From sequence record KX130862: a DNA stretch of 64,000 bases. The stretch is one strand, 5' to 3'. This stretch comes from Shigella phage SHFML-26. The notes under the pieces are model-generated. The model was not told the DNA's origin. It searched no databases and saw nothing but the letters and a program-made list of their open reading frames with translations. The first letter of the stretch is position 1. Each line of letters opens with the position of its first letter. The translations under genes and the position numbers were made by a program. Shown piece by piece: positions 20,129-30,196 of this stretch.

Positions 20129-20755
20129 TTAACCTCTATTCATAAAAGCATTAAAAATTTGGTCATCAATAGAAACATCTACTTTAGACTGTTTTTCTGA
20201 TGGTAATTCATATCCACATATTACAATTTTGTGATCAATATCAAAATACACAGAAGCAATATGATTAATGATGTTTTCAGTAAAGTCTAAATCAACATCA
20301 ATATCTTTTTGACCACAGCCCAAAGGATAAATAATGCGAGTAATTCGATTATCTTTAACAAAGATTCCACCGACATACTCTGTGCTGTGTTTAAAGTCTA
20401 CACGCCGACGAAATGAAAAATATTCAGGCTCTTTATGAGCTCTGCTCATAGGACACAACGAGTAACTAGAATAAGAGATGTCAAATCCTACGCCTTCGAT
20501 ATGAGCCAAAGTGTCATGATTAAACCAATTATAATCGTACGCCAAATCCATTAGATTATAATATGTAAAAGGCACCGGATTAACATCATTAGTCACAAGC
20601 ATATAATTAGCAACTGCTATAATTTCATTGTTTTTAACGAATACAAACCGTGATTGATGTGAATGACCCGGACCCGCGTTTTCACGATTAATGATATAAC
20701 ACTGGGCACCTTTATATTTGTATGTATCTTTACACTTGTGCATTTGATAGAGCAT
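20129..20755 (-). CDS. hypothetical protein (61.2 position; possible AdfA-like by position)
   Basis: 208-aa ORF between primase and sp. Confidence 0.45.
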   Translation of the reverse strand: MLYQMHKCKDTYKYKGAQCYIINRENAGPGHSHQSRFVFVKNNEIIAVANYMLVTNDVNPVPFTYYNLMDLAYDYNWFNHDTLAHIEGVGFDISYSSYSLCPMSRAHKEPEYFSFRRRVDFKHSTEYVGGIFVKDNRITRIIYPLGCGQKDIDVDLDFTENIINHIASVYFDIDHKIVICGYELPSEKQSKVDVSIDDQIFNAFMNRG

Positions 20756-21048
20756 TATTCACCTACTACTTCAGCAATGATATTTTTATTATTAAAGTTT
20801 TTATCGCAATACAGAACATAATTATACTGCATTACACCACCAGACTTAAGCTGTTTTTGTACTTCAGCTTTCATTTCAGGACGATCACGCTCAACGATAT
20901 TCATAATATCTGCTTCAATTTGAGTTTCAACCTCAGTCTGATCTGCAGTCATAGACCATTCGCACAAATCTTTGTCATAACCCGCCATAGCAGGCTGAGC
21001 AGCGCAAGAAGATAAAGCAAAAATTGCAGCAAAGATAAATTTTTTCAT
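20755..21048 (-). CDS. sp: Spackle (Sp) periplasmic protein
   Basis: 97 aa with signal peptide, recognised Sp sequence; late promoter upstream. Confidence 0.75.
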   Translation of the reverse strand: MKKFIFAAIFALSSCAAQPAMAGYDKDLCEWSMTADQTEVETQIEADIMNIVERDRPEMKAEVQKQLKSGGVMQYNYVLYCDKNFNNKNIIAEVVGE

Positions 21049-21069
21049 GATAATCTCCTCAGTAGTTTA

Positions 21070-21077
21070 TATTTATA
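21070..21077 (-). promoter_or_regulatory. T4 late promoter TATAAATA upstream of sp
   Basis: Exact TATAAATA on minus strand. Confidence 0.5.
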
Positions 21078-21111
21078 GTATCTCAATTTCCAATAAAAGT
21101 AAACAGTTATT

Positions 21112-21363
21112 TTAAAACTTCTGCAAATCACATGTTACAAACTGTTTCTCTAACTTGGCGATTTTACGAAAGTATCTTTTGCATTGACGAATCTGTCGCT
21201 TTGTAGGGCGCACAACAAACTTAATAAATTCCACTCGACCAAATGGAGGGCTTTCTTCTGCCGGAATATCTAATACTAATTCCCACGTATCTGCAATAAG
21301 TGCTTTGAATTGAGTATTTTTCCTGACGTTATACGGAGTAGGTTTAAATAAAACAATATGCAT
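21112..21363 (-). CDS. basic small protein (61.4 position; possible TifA-like)
   Basis: ORF track 21112..21405; start moved to M15 to abut dmd; K/R-rich. Confidence 0.4.
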   Translation of the reverse strand: MHIVLFKPTPYNVRKNTQFKALIADTWELVLDIPAEESPPFGRVEFIKFVVRPTKRQIRQCKRYFRKIAKLEKQFVTCDLQKF

Positions 21364-21364
21364 A

Positions 21365-21547
21365 TTATCCTCGGCAATCCACTTCACATACTTTCTTGTC
21401 ATCAATGAAAGCTTTAACTAATGCTTTATTAACTTCAGCATATTGAGTAGTAGCCCATTGAACGTCATCTTTCATCATTGTGATCTCTTTAGTAAACATG
21501 CTTTCGTTCTTAAACCACCCCATAAAAACTACCTTTACCAATTCCAT
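21365..21547 (-). CDS. dmd: Dmd antitoxin (inhibitor of RnlA/LsoA)
   Basis: 60-aa ORF recognised as Dmd; directly upstream of gene 41 region. Confidence 0.75.
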   Translation of the reverse strand: MELVKVVFMGWFKNESMFTKEITMMKDDVQWATTQYAEVNKALVKAFIDDKKVCEVDCRG

Positions 21548-21576
21548 AACAATCTCCTCATTTAACCAACAAGACT

Positions 21577-21606
21577 ACTATACCATAGTCTTGTCAGCTT
21601 GTAAAC
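21577..21606 (-). promoter_or_regulatory. T4-type early promoter upstream of dmd
   Basis: GTTTAC ... TATAGT. Confidence 0.5.
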
Positions 21607-23033
21607 TAAAATTTTAATTCATTTGCCAAAGCATCTAACTGAGCTCGAGCGGATTCGTTTCTTTGATAGCGATTCTGTTCAGCCTGAATCTGCTGTGAAC
21701 CTGCTACTTCGTTCACTTCAGTTGGAGTAGAATCTTGTTCAATTTCTACCCATTTCTGATTTCCTTTTTGAACACCCATCAAAAACTTATTCCATTTATT
21801 CTTATCACCGTATCGTGATTTGATTTGCTTAATAAGTTGTTGTTCAGCAGCTGCTAGCTCCTCGGTTTCAATGACCGCAAGCATAAAATCGGCTGTTGCT
21901 GGAAGGCCGGCAGATTCTGCAATATCGCTCATGTTAACATCAGAAGAGTCCCAAGCTTGTTTACCAACCTGTGCTGCGGTCCAAAGAACAGTTTCGGTTT
22001 CAACAGCCAGAGCACGCAATTCCTCTGCGATAGCTTTAACAGTTGTGTAACTATTTTCTGAATAAACTCTGATGCGGCAAGATTTACAAATACCCAGATA
22101 GTCAACAATAATGATTGTTGGAACAAAATTCTTCTTGAGCTTCAATTCATTCAAGAGAGACCTGAATGTATTAGCGTCTGCTCCACCAGTAGGATACTGT
22201 TTAACGATTAAACGTCCAAGAGTAGATTTCTCACGCCATTTTTCCATTTTTCCTTTATACTCAGCGTAAGAAATATGCCCATCATCAATGTCATCAAGAG
22301 AAACATCAAGCATATTAGCATCAATACGCTTAGCACAGACTTCTTCTGCCATTTCCATGGAAATGTAAAGAACATTATGTCCGAGCTGCAAATAATCTGC
22401 TGCCAATGAACACAGACCTAATGACTTACCGACGTTAACACCAGCCATTAAAACGTTCAGTGTTCCAGTTTCAGCTCCACCTTTAGTAATTTTATTTAGA
22501 ATTTTGAGTCTAAATGGAACCTTACGAGCTTTATTCATATAAGATAGCCAACGTGCTTCGTAGTCATCCATCCAATCATGACCAACGTAACTATCAAATG
22601 AAATTGATAATGCTTGGCGCATGATGTCAGGAATAGCACCTACATCTGGCATTTTCTTATTTCGTTTTTCCGGAGGAAGCTCAGCATTAGTTTGAATTTC
22701 AATTATTTTAGACGTAGCATTAAACATCGCCCTTTGCTGAACATATTTTTCTGTTTCTTTTACTAACCAGCTATGGTCTTCTGGAGAATCGGCTAGTTTC
22801 GAAATAAGTGTTTTTACACCAGAATATTCTGTTTCAGTAAATGAACTATTTTCTAATGCAACATTTAACGCATTAATAGATGGAACGCTATGGTACTCAT
22901 TAACATGAGATTTAATTAATTTGAATGTATTTTTAGCTGGACCACTTTCAAAATATTCTGAATCCATATATGGCCAAACTTTTGAAAAATAAGCTTGATC
23001 AAATATGAGATGAGAAAGAATAATTTCTACCAC
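21606..23033 (-). CDS. 41: replicative DNA helicase (gene 41, DnaB-like)
   Basis: 475 aa; Walker A GVNVGKS; recognised gp41 sequence. Confidence 0.9.
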   Translation of the reverse strand: MVEIILSHLIFDQAYFSKVWPYMDSEYFESGPAKNTFKLIKSHVNEYHSVPSINALNVALENSSFTETEYSGVKTLISKLADSPEDHSWLVKETEKYVQQRAMFNATSKIIEIQTNAELPPEKRNKKMPDVGAIPDIMRQALSISFDSYVGHDWMDDYEARWLSYMNKARKVPFRLKILNKITKGGAETGTLNVLMAGVNVGKSLGLCSLAADYLQLGHNVLYISMEMAEEVCAKRIDANMLDVSLDDIDDGHISYAEYKGKMEKWREKSTLGRLIVKQYPTGGADANTFRSLLNELKLKKNFVPTIIIVDYLGICKSCRIRVYSENSYTTVKAIAEELRALAVETETVLWTAAQVGKQAWDSSDVNMSDIAESAGLPATADFMLAVIETEELAAAEQQLIKQIKSRYGDKNKWNKFLMGVQKGNQKWVEIEQDSTPTEVNEVAGSQQIQAEQNRYQRNESARAQLDALANELKF

Positions 23034-23042
23034 ACTTACTCC

Positions 23043-23405
23043 TTAAAAGAATTTAAATTTTTTCTTTGACCTTTTATTAAATGCATCTTGTAGTTGCATT
23101 GTAATACATTTTTCTACATGAGGAGCTAACTCAGCTTTTCTTTCTTGGTCAAGAACAGCAAAGTCCATTACGACTTTTCCATCAACCCAATCTAATTTTG
23201 TCACATACACAATGTGTGTAGAACCGTCTTCTAGTTTAATGACAATCTCCTGGATAACATTTTCCATAGCGGATTTAATTATCTTAAGAGACTCATTAAA
23301 AAGACGTTCTTTTCTTTCTTCTTCCCCCTCCGAAGAGGGGGATTCATCGATAATTTCTAGATCTAAATCTAAATCATCTTTATTCATTAAATTCTTCCAT
23401 ATCAC
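23043..23405 (-). CDS. 40: gene 40-like protein (120 aa)
   Basis: Position between 41 and uvsX; size. Confidence 0.5.
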   Translation of the reverse strand: MIWKNLMNKDDLDLDLEIIDESPSSEGEEERKERLFNESLKIIKSAMENVIQEIVIKLEDGSTHIVYVTKLDWVDGKVVMDFAVLDQERKAELAPHVEKCITMQLQDAFNKRSKKKFKFF

Positions 23406-24561
23406 TTAACTGCTCGAGGTCAGTTTCTAAATCAGCAGCTGATTTACTTTTACTTTCTGGAGATTTAAATTTTTCAACCTTTGAGTTAATCAATTCATCA
23501 ACTTCAGCTTCAACAATTTCATTACTATCAATAGCACCTAACTGATAAGCACGTTTAATAGCATCTCGGAATGGTTGATGCTTAAATAAAGGACCCCAGA
23601 ATGTAGTGCAGTTGGTATCTTTTGCACGCCAAGATTTTTCTTCGCGAATCATCTCACCGGTTTCTTCATCAAGAAATTCACGAGCATACCAGCCATTTTT
23701 AGGTTTTACCACGAATCCTAATTCTAGAGCCATATCTAACAATCCAGAATAAGGATCGATACCACCGTCAAATTTAACATCAATAAAGAATTTACTTTTT
23801 TCTTTAACGGTACGAGATTTTTCTACATTTAGAACAAATTGATACCCCTGAAGATCGGAACCATCTTTAATCTGGCGCTTACCGATAATGAATACAGTAT
23901 CAGCCGAATACATTACGCCTGTACCACCTGTCATCACGGTTTTACTAAACATTTCGATTGTTTCAATTGTATGGTTAACCGCAACACATGGAATATTTTT
24001 AATGCTAAAATAAGGAGTAACAATACGGAATAATGACTTCAGTGATTTAGCACGAGTCATATCTGCCACAGATTTTTCATTCAAGGCATCTTCCGTTTCT
24101 TTCTTAGAAGCCATATTACCAATTGAGTCGATGAATACAATAACTTTTTCACCACGCTCAATAGCTTCAAGCTGATTCACCATATCAATTTTCAGCTGTT
24201 CAACTGACTGGATTGGTGTGTGAATTACTCGTTCCGGGTCAACTCCCATGGATCGCAAATAAGCTGGAGTAATACCAAATTCGCTATCATAGAATAGACA
24301 AACCGCGTCAGGATATTTGTTCAAATACGCCGCAACCATAGTCAAAGACATATTTGATTTAAAGTGTTTAGAAGGACCTGCAAAAATGGTTAAACCAGAC
24401 TGCATACCACCGTCAATCGCACCTGAAATAGCGATATTAAGCATTGGGATTTTTGTACGGATTACATCCTTTTCATTAAAGAATTTAGATGTAGTCAGTT
24501 CAGCAGTCATTTTAGAAGTGGAAGCTTTAATCAAACGGGATTTTAAATCTGCAATAGACAT
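23380..24561 (-). CDS. uvsX: UvsX recombinase (RecA-like)
   Basis: Walker A GPSKHFKS; recognised UvsX sequence. Confidence 0.9.
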   Translation of the reverse strand: MSIADLKSRLIKASTSKMTAELTTSKFFNEKDVIRTKIPMLNIAISGAIDGGMQSGLTIFAGPSKHFKSNMSLTMVAAYLNKYPDAVCLFYDSEFGITPAYLRSMGVDPERVIHTPIQSVEQLKIDMVNQLEAIERGEKVIVFIDSIGNMASKKETEDALNEKSVADMTRAKSLKSLFRIVTPYFSIKNIPCVAVNHTIETIEMFSKTVMTGGTGVMYSADTVFIIGKRQIKDGSDLQGYQFVLNVEKSRTVKEKSKFFIDVKFDGGIDPYSGLLDMALELGFVVKPKNGWYAREFLDEETGEMIREEKSWRAKDTNCTTFWGPLFKHQPFRDAIKRAYQLGAIDSNEIVEAEVDELINSKVEKFKSPESKSKSAADLETDLEQLSDMEEFNE

Positions 24562-24638
24562 TCATTTTTTCCATAGGCATCATTATATTTTCCTCACTGG
24601 TTAAAGATAGAGTAATTATAACACAATAAATTTAGGCA

Positions 24639-25481
24639 TTAATCAACTGCTATTGGATGAATAGCATTAAACTTATGAAACGCTTCTGATTTTTCTTTGC
24701 GCGAAACACACATGCGAAGAACCTTTAATGGCTCGTCTTCTTCACCTAATGATTTTCGTTTTTCAATATTAGAAGTTTTCCAACGAGCTTGCTCTGGAAA
24801 CTCTCTATTGATTTGCTCAAGCGCTCTATTATGTTTAGAATTACTACGAATTGAGCTACATCCGCCTGGAGCTTGCGCTTTTCCAGATACAACCAGATAT
24901 TTGAACAAGGCCAAATGCGGATAACCTTGATTAATTAAATTGAGAAATGCATACATATCTTCGCATAAATCAATTTTTCCATACCCAATTTGTTCTGTTG
25001 TAAGTTTTCCAAGGTCATACCAAGTATTCGTGAATCCATATGAATTTTCACGATAATTACCCCAAGATGAAGTAATTTTAAAAATTGGTAAACGAGCATG
25101 ACCATGATAATACCCGCAATCCATGGCATCTTCAACGTATTGAATCAATTCATAGAACTGTTCACGAGTTAGCTGATTAATTTTATCTACGCAGCGACGA
25201 TCATCTTTCTTTCGCATTGAACTCATACGAATAGTAGTATCATCATCAATCATCCAAATTCGTTGACCTGCATACATATCAGTAATTGCTTTACGAGTAC
25301 CAGCAATTCCGTTAACATCATCAGGAATAGTTATAATTTTAGCTCTAGACCCGTAAGCGTCATAATAAGCTTTTTCTTCGTGTTCACGCACTACAATATG
25401 AGGTTCATAATCAGTCGGAAACATATCAAGGGCAGAAACTGCCCCTACGCGTTGATAGCTTGGAATTACGAATTGAATCAT
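24639..25481 (-). CDS. glycosyltransferase (GT-A-like with DxD motif) in the DNA glucosyltransferase position
   Basis: MIDDD motif; ATG at 25479-25481 forms ATGA overlap with gene 42 stop. Confidence 0.6.
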   Translation of the reverse strand: MIQFVIPSYQRVGAVSALDMFPTDYEPHIVVREHEEKAYYDAYGSRAKIITIPDDVNGIAGTRKAITDMYAGQRIWMIDDDTTIRMSSMRKKDDRRCVDKINQLTREQFYELIQYVEDAMDCGYYHGHARLPIFKITSSWGNYRENSYGFTNTWYDLGKLTTEQIGYGKIDLCEDMYAFLNLINQGYPHLALFKYLVVSGKAQAPGGCSSIRSNSKHNRALEQINREFPEQARWKTSNIEKRKSLGEEDEPLKVLRMCVSRKEKSEAFHKFNAIHPIAVD

Positions 25482-26218
25482 TTCCACTCACCGTTATAAT
25501 CTTTTTTCGCAATATGAGTTTCGCCAGTTTTCCACCAATGGTCAACCAAATAAAAATGACGGGAATACACATGAAGGCTCCCGACATTCCATATAATGGA
25601 ACCTGCTTTATACTGACGAGTTGAATCACCTGCATTCAAATCAGATACTAATTTATCTAGTACGTATTTTTGCCATGCATAATCATTACGGAATCCGAAA
25701 ACCACGTCATTTGAACGCATGCTTACTACTGCATTGACTTTCTTGTCACGAATCAGATACTGTACGGTATTCGTACACATGAAATCTGACATACCATCTT
25801 TATTGTAGTCAAACTGCATAGATGGACGAGTATAAATCATGATACCACGTCGAGAATCAGGATTTTGACCAAGTTCAGCTAGACACATATCATATTGAGC
25901 ATAGTTATCTTCTGACCAGATAGCCCAACCATAATTCGAGTTAATTTCACCTTTAGAAGATGCTACCTGCTGCCAAATCTTTGGTGTTTCACCTGGAATA
26001 TCTTTAACAAACAAGCTCTTAGATTTATACCATTCAAGTTCACGCTGGATGTATTCATCATTAAGAGCGCCAAAAATAAACGGTTCATCTGCTACAAATG
26101 ATGCGCCAATAATTTCAATAGTTTTAACGCCAGTTTTATCAACTACGAAATCTTTTTCTTTTAATGCAAGCCCCAAATGAAGACGGATTTCTTCAACTGT
26201 CATAGAGTCACTAATCAT
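25478..26218 (-). CDS. 42: dCMP hydroxymethylase (gene 42)
   Basis: 246 aa; thymidylate-synthase-like fold; recognised sequence. Confidence 0.9.
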   Translation of the reverse strand: MISDSMTVEEIRLHLGLALKEKDFVVDKTGVKTIEIIGASFVADEPFIFGALNDEYIQRELEWYKSKSLFVKDIPGETPKIWQQVASSKGEINSNYGWAIWSEDNYAQYDMCLAELGQNPDSRRGIMIYTRPSMQFDYNKDGMSDFMCTNTVQYLIRDKKVNAVVSMRSNDVVFGFRNDYAWQKYVLDKLVSDLNAGDSTRQYKAGSIIWNVGSLHVYSRHFYLVDHWWKTGETHIAKKDYNGEWK

Positions 26219-26225
26219 TTAAACC

Positions 26226-26375
26226 TCAATTGATACATTCATATTTAACTTGTAACAGTAATAAACCCCAACCTAAAATAATAGTTGGAATCATAAGAGG
26301 AACCGTTACACTATAGTATATACTTATTATAATCATCAAGATTAAAAGCAATACTGCTAAAATTTTGCTTTTCAT
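26226..26375 (-). CDS. small membrane protein (49 aa)
   Basis: Own translation MKSKILAVLLLILMIIISIYY...; ATGA overlap with imm stop. Confidence 0.35.
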   Translation of the reverse strand: MKSKILAVLLLILMIIISIYYSVTVPLMIPTIILGWGLLLLQVKYECIN

Positions 26376-26623
26376 TCCTTCTCTCTGATGATAATTACCT
26401 GATTTGGCTGTGCAGACTTTTTGGTTTCACCCGCAATTGACCAAATAAAGGTAATAAACCAACCAATAATTGACCAGTTAAACAGTAAAGATGTAAAAAA
26501 GATTCCTACTGTCGATTTTGACCCACGCATCAAGGCGATGAACCATGGAAGCATGTATATAATAATAGCCAACACGCCTGAAACTAAAACCATAAAAATT
26601 GAACCTGCTACTAAAGTTTCCAT
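26372..26623 (-). CDS. imm: immunity protein Imm (membrane)
   Basis: 83-aa two-TM protein, recognised Imm. Confidence 0.75.
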   Translation of the reverse strand: METLVAGSIFMVLVSGVLAIIIYMLPWFIALMRGSKSTVGIFFTSLLFNWSIIGWFITFIWSIAGETKKSAQPNQVIIIREKE

Positions 26624-26630
26624 GTTTTCC

Positions 26631-27011
26631 TCACTTAGTCAAATTTTTTACGCATGAATTATAAGAATTCACTACATACTCCATCGGAGCATTTTTACCA
26701 GTACGCCATTGGTAATTATTAGCCCAATTAGCCCAAAGTTCGGCACAGTAGTTTTCAATTTTTTCTTCGCGTGTAATTACATCTGAATTACGATACGCTT
26801 GAGCAGATTCATCTGGACGAATAGCTTCGTCAAAATTCGCCTGCATTTGTTCTACTGTCTGTTTTGGAGCCTCTTTATAACACTTAACATTAGGATTATA
26901 AAATTTGCTTGAACAATTTACAATTTTTCCTACATCAGACTGATTTACTACCGGTCCTTGAGCTACACAACCAGTAAGACCTAATGCAATAACCAAAATA
27001 GCGATTTTCAT
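26631..27011 (-). CDS. lipoprotein (imm.1 position)
   Basis: Start moved to MKIAILVIALGLTGC; lipobox; early promoter and GGAG SD. Confidence 0.5.
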   Translation of the reverse strand: MKIAILVIALGLTGCVAQGPVVNQSDVGKIVNCSSKFYNPNVKCYKEAPKQTVEQMQANFDEAIRPDESAQAYRNSDVITREEKIENYCAELWANWANNYQWRTGKNAPMEYVVNSYNSCVKNLTK

Positions 27012-27017
27012 TTTACT

Positions 27018-27054
27018 CTCCAAATCCGTATCAGTTGATAGTTGTATAGTACCA
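27018..27054 (-). repeat. conserved promoter-leader cassette (copy 2)
   Basis: Identical 37-mer to 421-457. Confidence 0.6.
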
Positions 27055-27075
27055 TGGAAGAACAGGGATGTAAAC
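27046..27075 (-). promoter_or_regulatory. T4-type early promoter upstream of imm.1-position lipoprotein gene
   Basis: GTTTACA ... TACTAT. Confidence 0.5.
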
Positions 27076-27161
27076 CGTTTTAGTTGAAAAATTTTTAAAT
27101 TGAATCCAAAGGGTCCAGAATCATCTGTTTTTCATAAGTATAGATTTATATTACTTGTATG

Positions 27162-27186
27162 AAAAAGGGACCCGGAGGTCCCTAGA
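27162..27186 (-). terminator. intrinsic terminator after gene 43
   Basis: GGGACC-UCCG-GGUCCC then UUUUUCAU. Confidence 0.6.
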
Positions 27187-27195
27187 TTTATTCTA

Positions 27196-29895
27196 TCAGC
27201 CAAACAGGAAGTCTAACGAAGCTTTTTCTTCATAGTCCATACCTGCCGATTCACACATACCTGCAAGCGGCTTAACAAACGATTTTTGGAACAAAGTTGA
27301 GTAGTCAATCCAAGATAGTACGTCAGAACGAATTTCTTTTGGAAGTTCTGTACCTGATGGCCAAGCAATGCACTTGTCACCAAATGGATTTCCTTCACGT
27401 AATGGAAGAACCATTACTTTATTTCCATCCAAAATTGGAGCTACACCTAAACCACTAACAGCTCGACGATAAGTTAGCACACCACGAATATGGAATGGGC
27501 ATTTAAATCCTGGCCAACCTTTATCATCATATTTCGCTATATCGTTCGCAGTTTTTACTTCAGCAATAACTTTATAGTCAAGTTGACGATATTCTTTCTC
27601 GAAGTTCTTGTAGTATTCTTGGACAGACTCTTCACCTTCCTGAAGAATACGACGAATACTTTCTTCGAGAGCTTCTTGCACCGCTTTTGGTGTTGAACTC
27701 TGCTGAGTTTCCATACCCATGATTTTTAGATGCGGTTCGGCAAATCGCTTATCTTCCATATCATAAACGTTCAGAGCATAACGTTTTTTCGCTTTCCAAA
27801 ATCCACCAACACCCTTTGAACCAAGCGGAGGGCAAGAAATAGCTTCACGGTCCATATGCATCAGATGCTCGCGGTTATTCATATAATCACATAACTCACG
27901 ATATGCAACATCAATCATAGGTTCCATCTTTTTCTTACCAAACTGATTCATGAATTCAACTAAATCATTTTGTTCTTTAAAGCGGTCAAGACCTACTTTT
28001 TCAATTACTTTATCTACACAAACATATACCGAATCAGTATCACCTGCTGCGATGAAATCTTCACCATTAGTTCCACATACTTTATTCAGATATTCATTAA
28101 TTTTGCGAGCAATCCATTGAATACCGACTTGACCGAAAATTGTGATAGCAGTAGCATTTCGCAAATCATAGTAGCGGAAATGAATATTACCAAGAGCACC
28201 ATAAAGACTGTTAATAAGAATTTTACGGTTCAACTGATTTGTGTTAGCAAGTGTAGCAGCTTTTTCACATTCTTCAATCAGACTGTTAAGAACAGATTCG
28301 GTGTAATTCGATAATTCGTTTAAGAAATCATCATTGAACTTAACATATCGTTCAACTTCCGGTTTAGTTGAACAGGACCCTGCGCCTTTCATAATAATCT
28401 TTTTAATAGCTTCGGCATTCATTTCTTCAGCGAACATTTTCTTTTTCCAATCTTTACGCTGGAAAAATACTTTAGCGATTTCCTTTGGAATGATACCTTC
28501 TTGATGCTTATCATACATCCATCCATTCGGAGAACAAGAATATTCATCACTCGGTTTAGGAGCTGTTCCTGCGATATATTCATGAATTGGATGAACTTTA
28601 AACTGCCCACGAATAGTCTCAGGACTAATGTTAACCTGACGAATAATGCTCGGATACAGAGACGTCAAGTCAAAACTCATAATATATCGACGAGCAATTG
28701 GTTTAGGTTCAAATACAAATGCACCCGGAAAACTCTGTTTAACGTGCGAACCTTGTTGAGGAATAACCTTATGTTCACCTTTCAATGAGTTAAAAATAAT
28801 AGCATCCCAAGTTTTAATAGGACTCATTACACCAGAAAAAGGCATTTTAGCATAATAAGACATACTTAAAACTAGATCGATAAACCCGCGAATTTTATCA
28901 ATTGCTTGAACTGATTCTACGTCAATGATGTTATAACTAATGTATCGTTGATGATTAGTCTCACGAAGTTTATTAATAGGACCGTCGTATGGTAATTTAC
29001 CTTTTTTGGTTTCATGTTGAGCAACTGATTCCAAAGAGAATGACGGCAAATTAGTAAATGCGAATTTCTTATACAAATCTAAATAATCAAGAATAGATAC
29101 GCCATCAATAGAATAAATTTCTTTGCTACCGTACATATTTTGAATTAGTTTAGATTTTACCCGACCGATTGGAGAGAAACGTTTCATACTGCGTTCACCT
29201 AGAATCATTTTAACGCGATTCATAATATATGGAACGTCAAACCCCTCAATATTCCAACCAGTAAAAATAGCAGGTCGTTTCTGTTCCCAGAGATTGATAT
29301 ATTCCATGAGCATATCACGCTCATTATCGAATGGCATATAAATTACTCGGTCAAGAATTTCTTGAGGAACTTCATCACCACCTTCACAGTCAAGCTTAGC
29401 AGCTAACTTTGCATCCCATTTTGATACTGAACCGTACATTGAATTCAAAAGGTCGAAAACATAAAAACGATCATCAATTGAATCGTAATGAGTGATAGCA
29501 TCAATTTCATATTCAGCTTTCATTGGGTCAGGAAATTTATCACCAGTAACCTCAATGTCACAGTTAGCTACACGAACAAATTTTCGGTCATAAACAATTT
29601 CTGAACCATACGTATCACTGATATAAGCGAGTTTAAAATCGTTCATACCGAGAGCTTCGAGACCGATGTCTTCCATTCGTTTCATCCAATCTCGAGCATA
29701 TTTCATTGATGGTAAATTTTTGAGGTAGCGCTAGTTTTTACCATAGATGTCTTTGTACTTTGACTCTTCCTTACAATGCCTAAACATAGTTGGAAGATAT
29801 TCTACTTCACGAGTACGTTCCTTTCCGTTTTCATCAATATAACGTTCAACAATGTTATTTCCGACTGTTTCAATAGAGATATAAAATTCTTTCAT
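27196..29895 (-). CDS. 43: DNA polymerase (gene 43, family B), interrupted by in-frame TAG at 29731..29733 (codon 55); longest ORF 27196..29706
   Basis: ATG at 29893-29895 ([14 protein letters not shown]...); exo and pol motifs (FDIE, YGDTDS); translational operator hairpin upstream. Confidence 0.85.
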
Positions 29896-29945
29896 AGATA
29901 TTCCTTAGTTTATAGCCCGAGTTATTAGGCTCTTGATATATTATA
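29896..29945 (-). promoter_or_regulatory. gene 43 leader: translational operator hairpin (GAGCCUAAUAACUCGGGCU) plus SD, with upstream TATAAT -10 element
   Basis: Hairpin read directly at 29914-29932; matches known gp43 autoregulatory operator. Confidence 0.6.
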
Positions 29946-29947
29946 CT

Positions 29948-29969
29948 CCAAATAAGGGGCCGAAGCCCC
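29948..29969 (-). terminator. stem-loop/terminator upstream of gene 43 leader
   Basis: GGGGCUUCGGCCCC then UUAUUUGG. Confidence 0.5.
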
Positions 29970-29973
29970 TTGC

Positions 29974-30195
29974 TTAAATTAGTACTATTTGTCGGTGAAA
30001 AATTGTCATTCCATCTGCATTAATTGACTTAACGACCGCAGTAAAGTGTTTTTGTTCTGGGTGAATTAATTTTTGAAATTCTACCTGAAATTTTAGTTGA
30101 AGGTTTTCTGGTAAATCGAAAAGTGTTTCTGTTGCAGAAAGATTATATTTTTCTTTAAGAGACGCCATGTATTCTTGTGGAGTTATAGCAGTCAT
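29974..30195 (-). CDS. hypothetical protein (73 aa) between regA remnant and gene 43
   Basis: ATG at 30193-30195, 1 nt after upstream TAA; ends just before terminator hairpin. Confidence 0.45.
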   Translation of the reverse strand: MTAITPQEYMASLKEKYNLSATETLFDLPENLQLKFQVEFQKLIHPEQKHFTAVVKSINADGMTIFHRQIVLI

Positions 30196-30196
30196 A

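Noticed and set aside
29707-29895. Programmed translational bypass or frameshift as the explanation for the gene 43 stop
   Set aside because: No take-off/landing codon pair or stable hairpin flanks the TAG, and the frame resumes without a gap; a mutation or sequence error is more parsimonious, though it is kept as a flagged finding.
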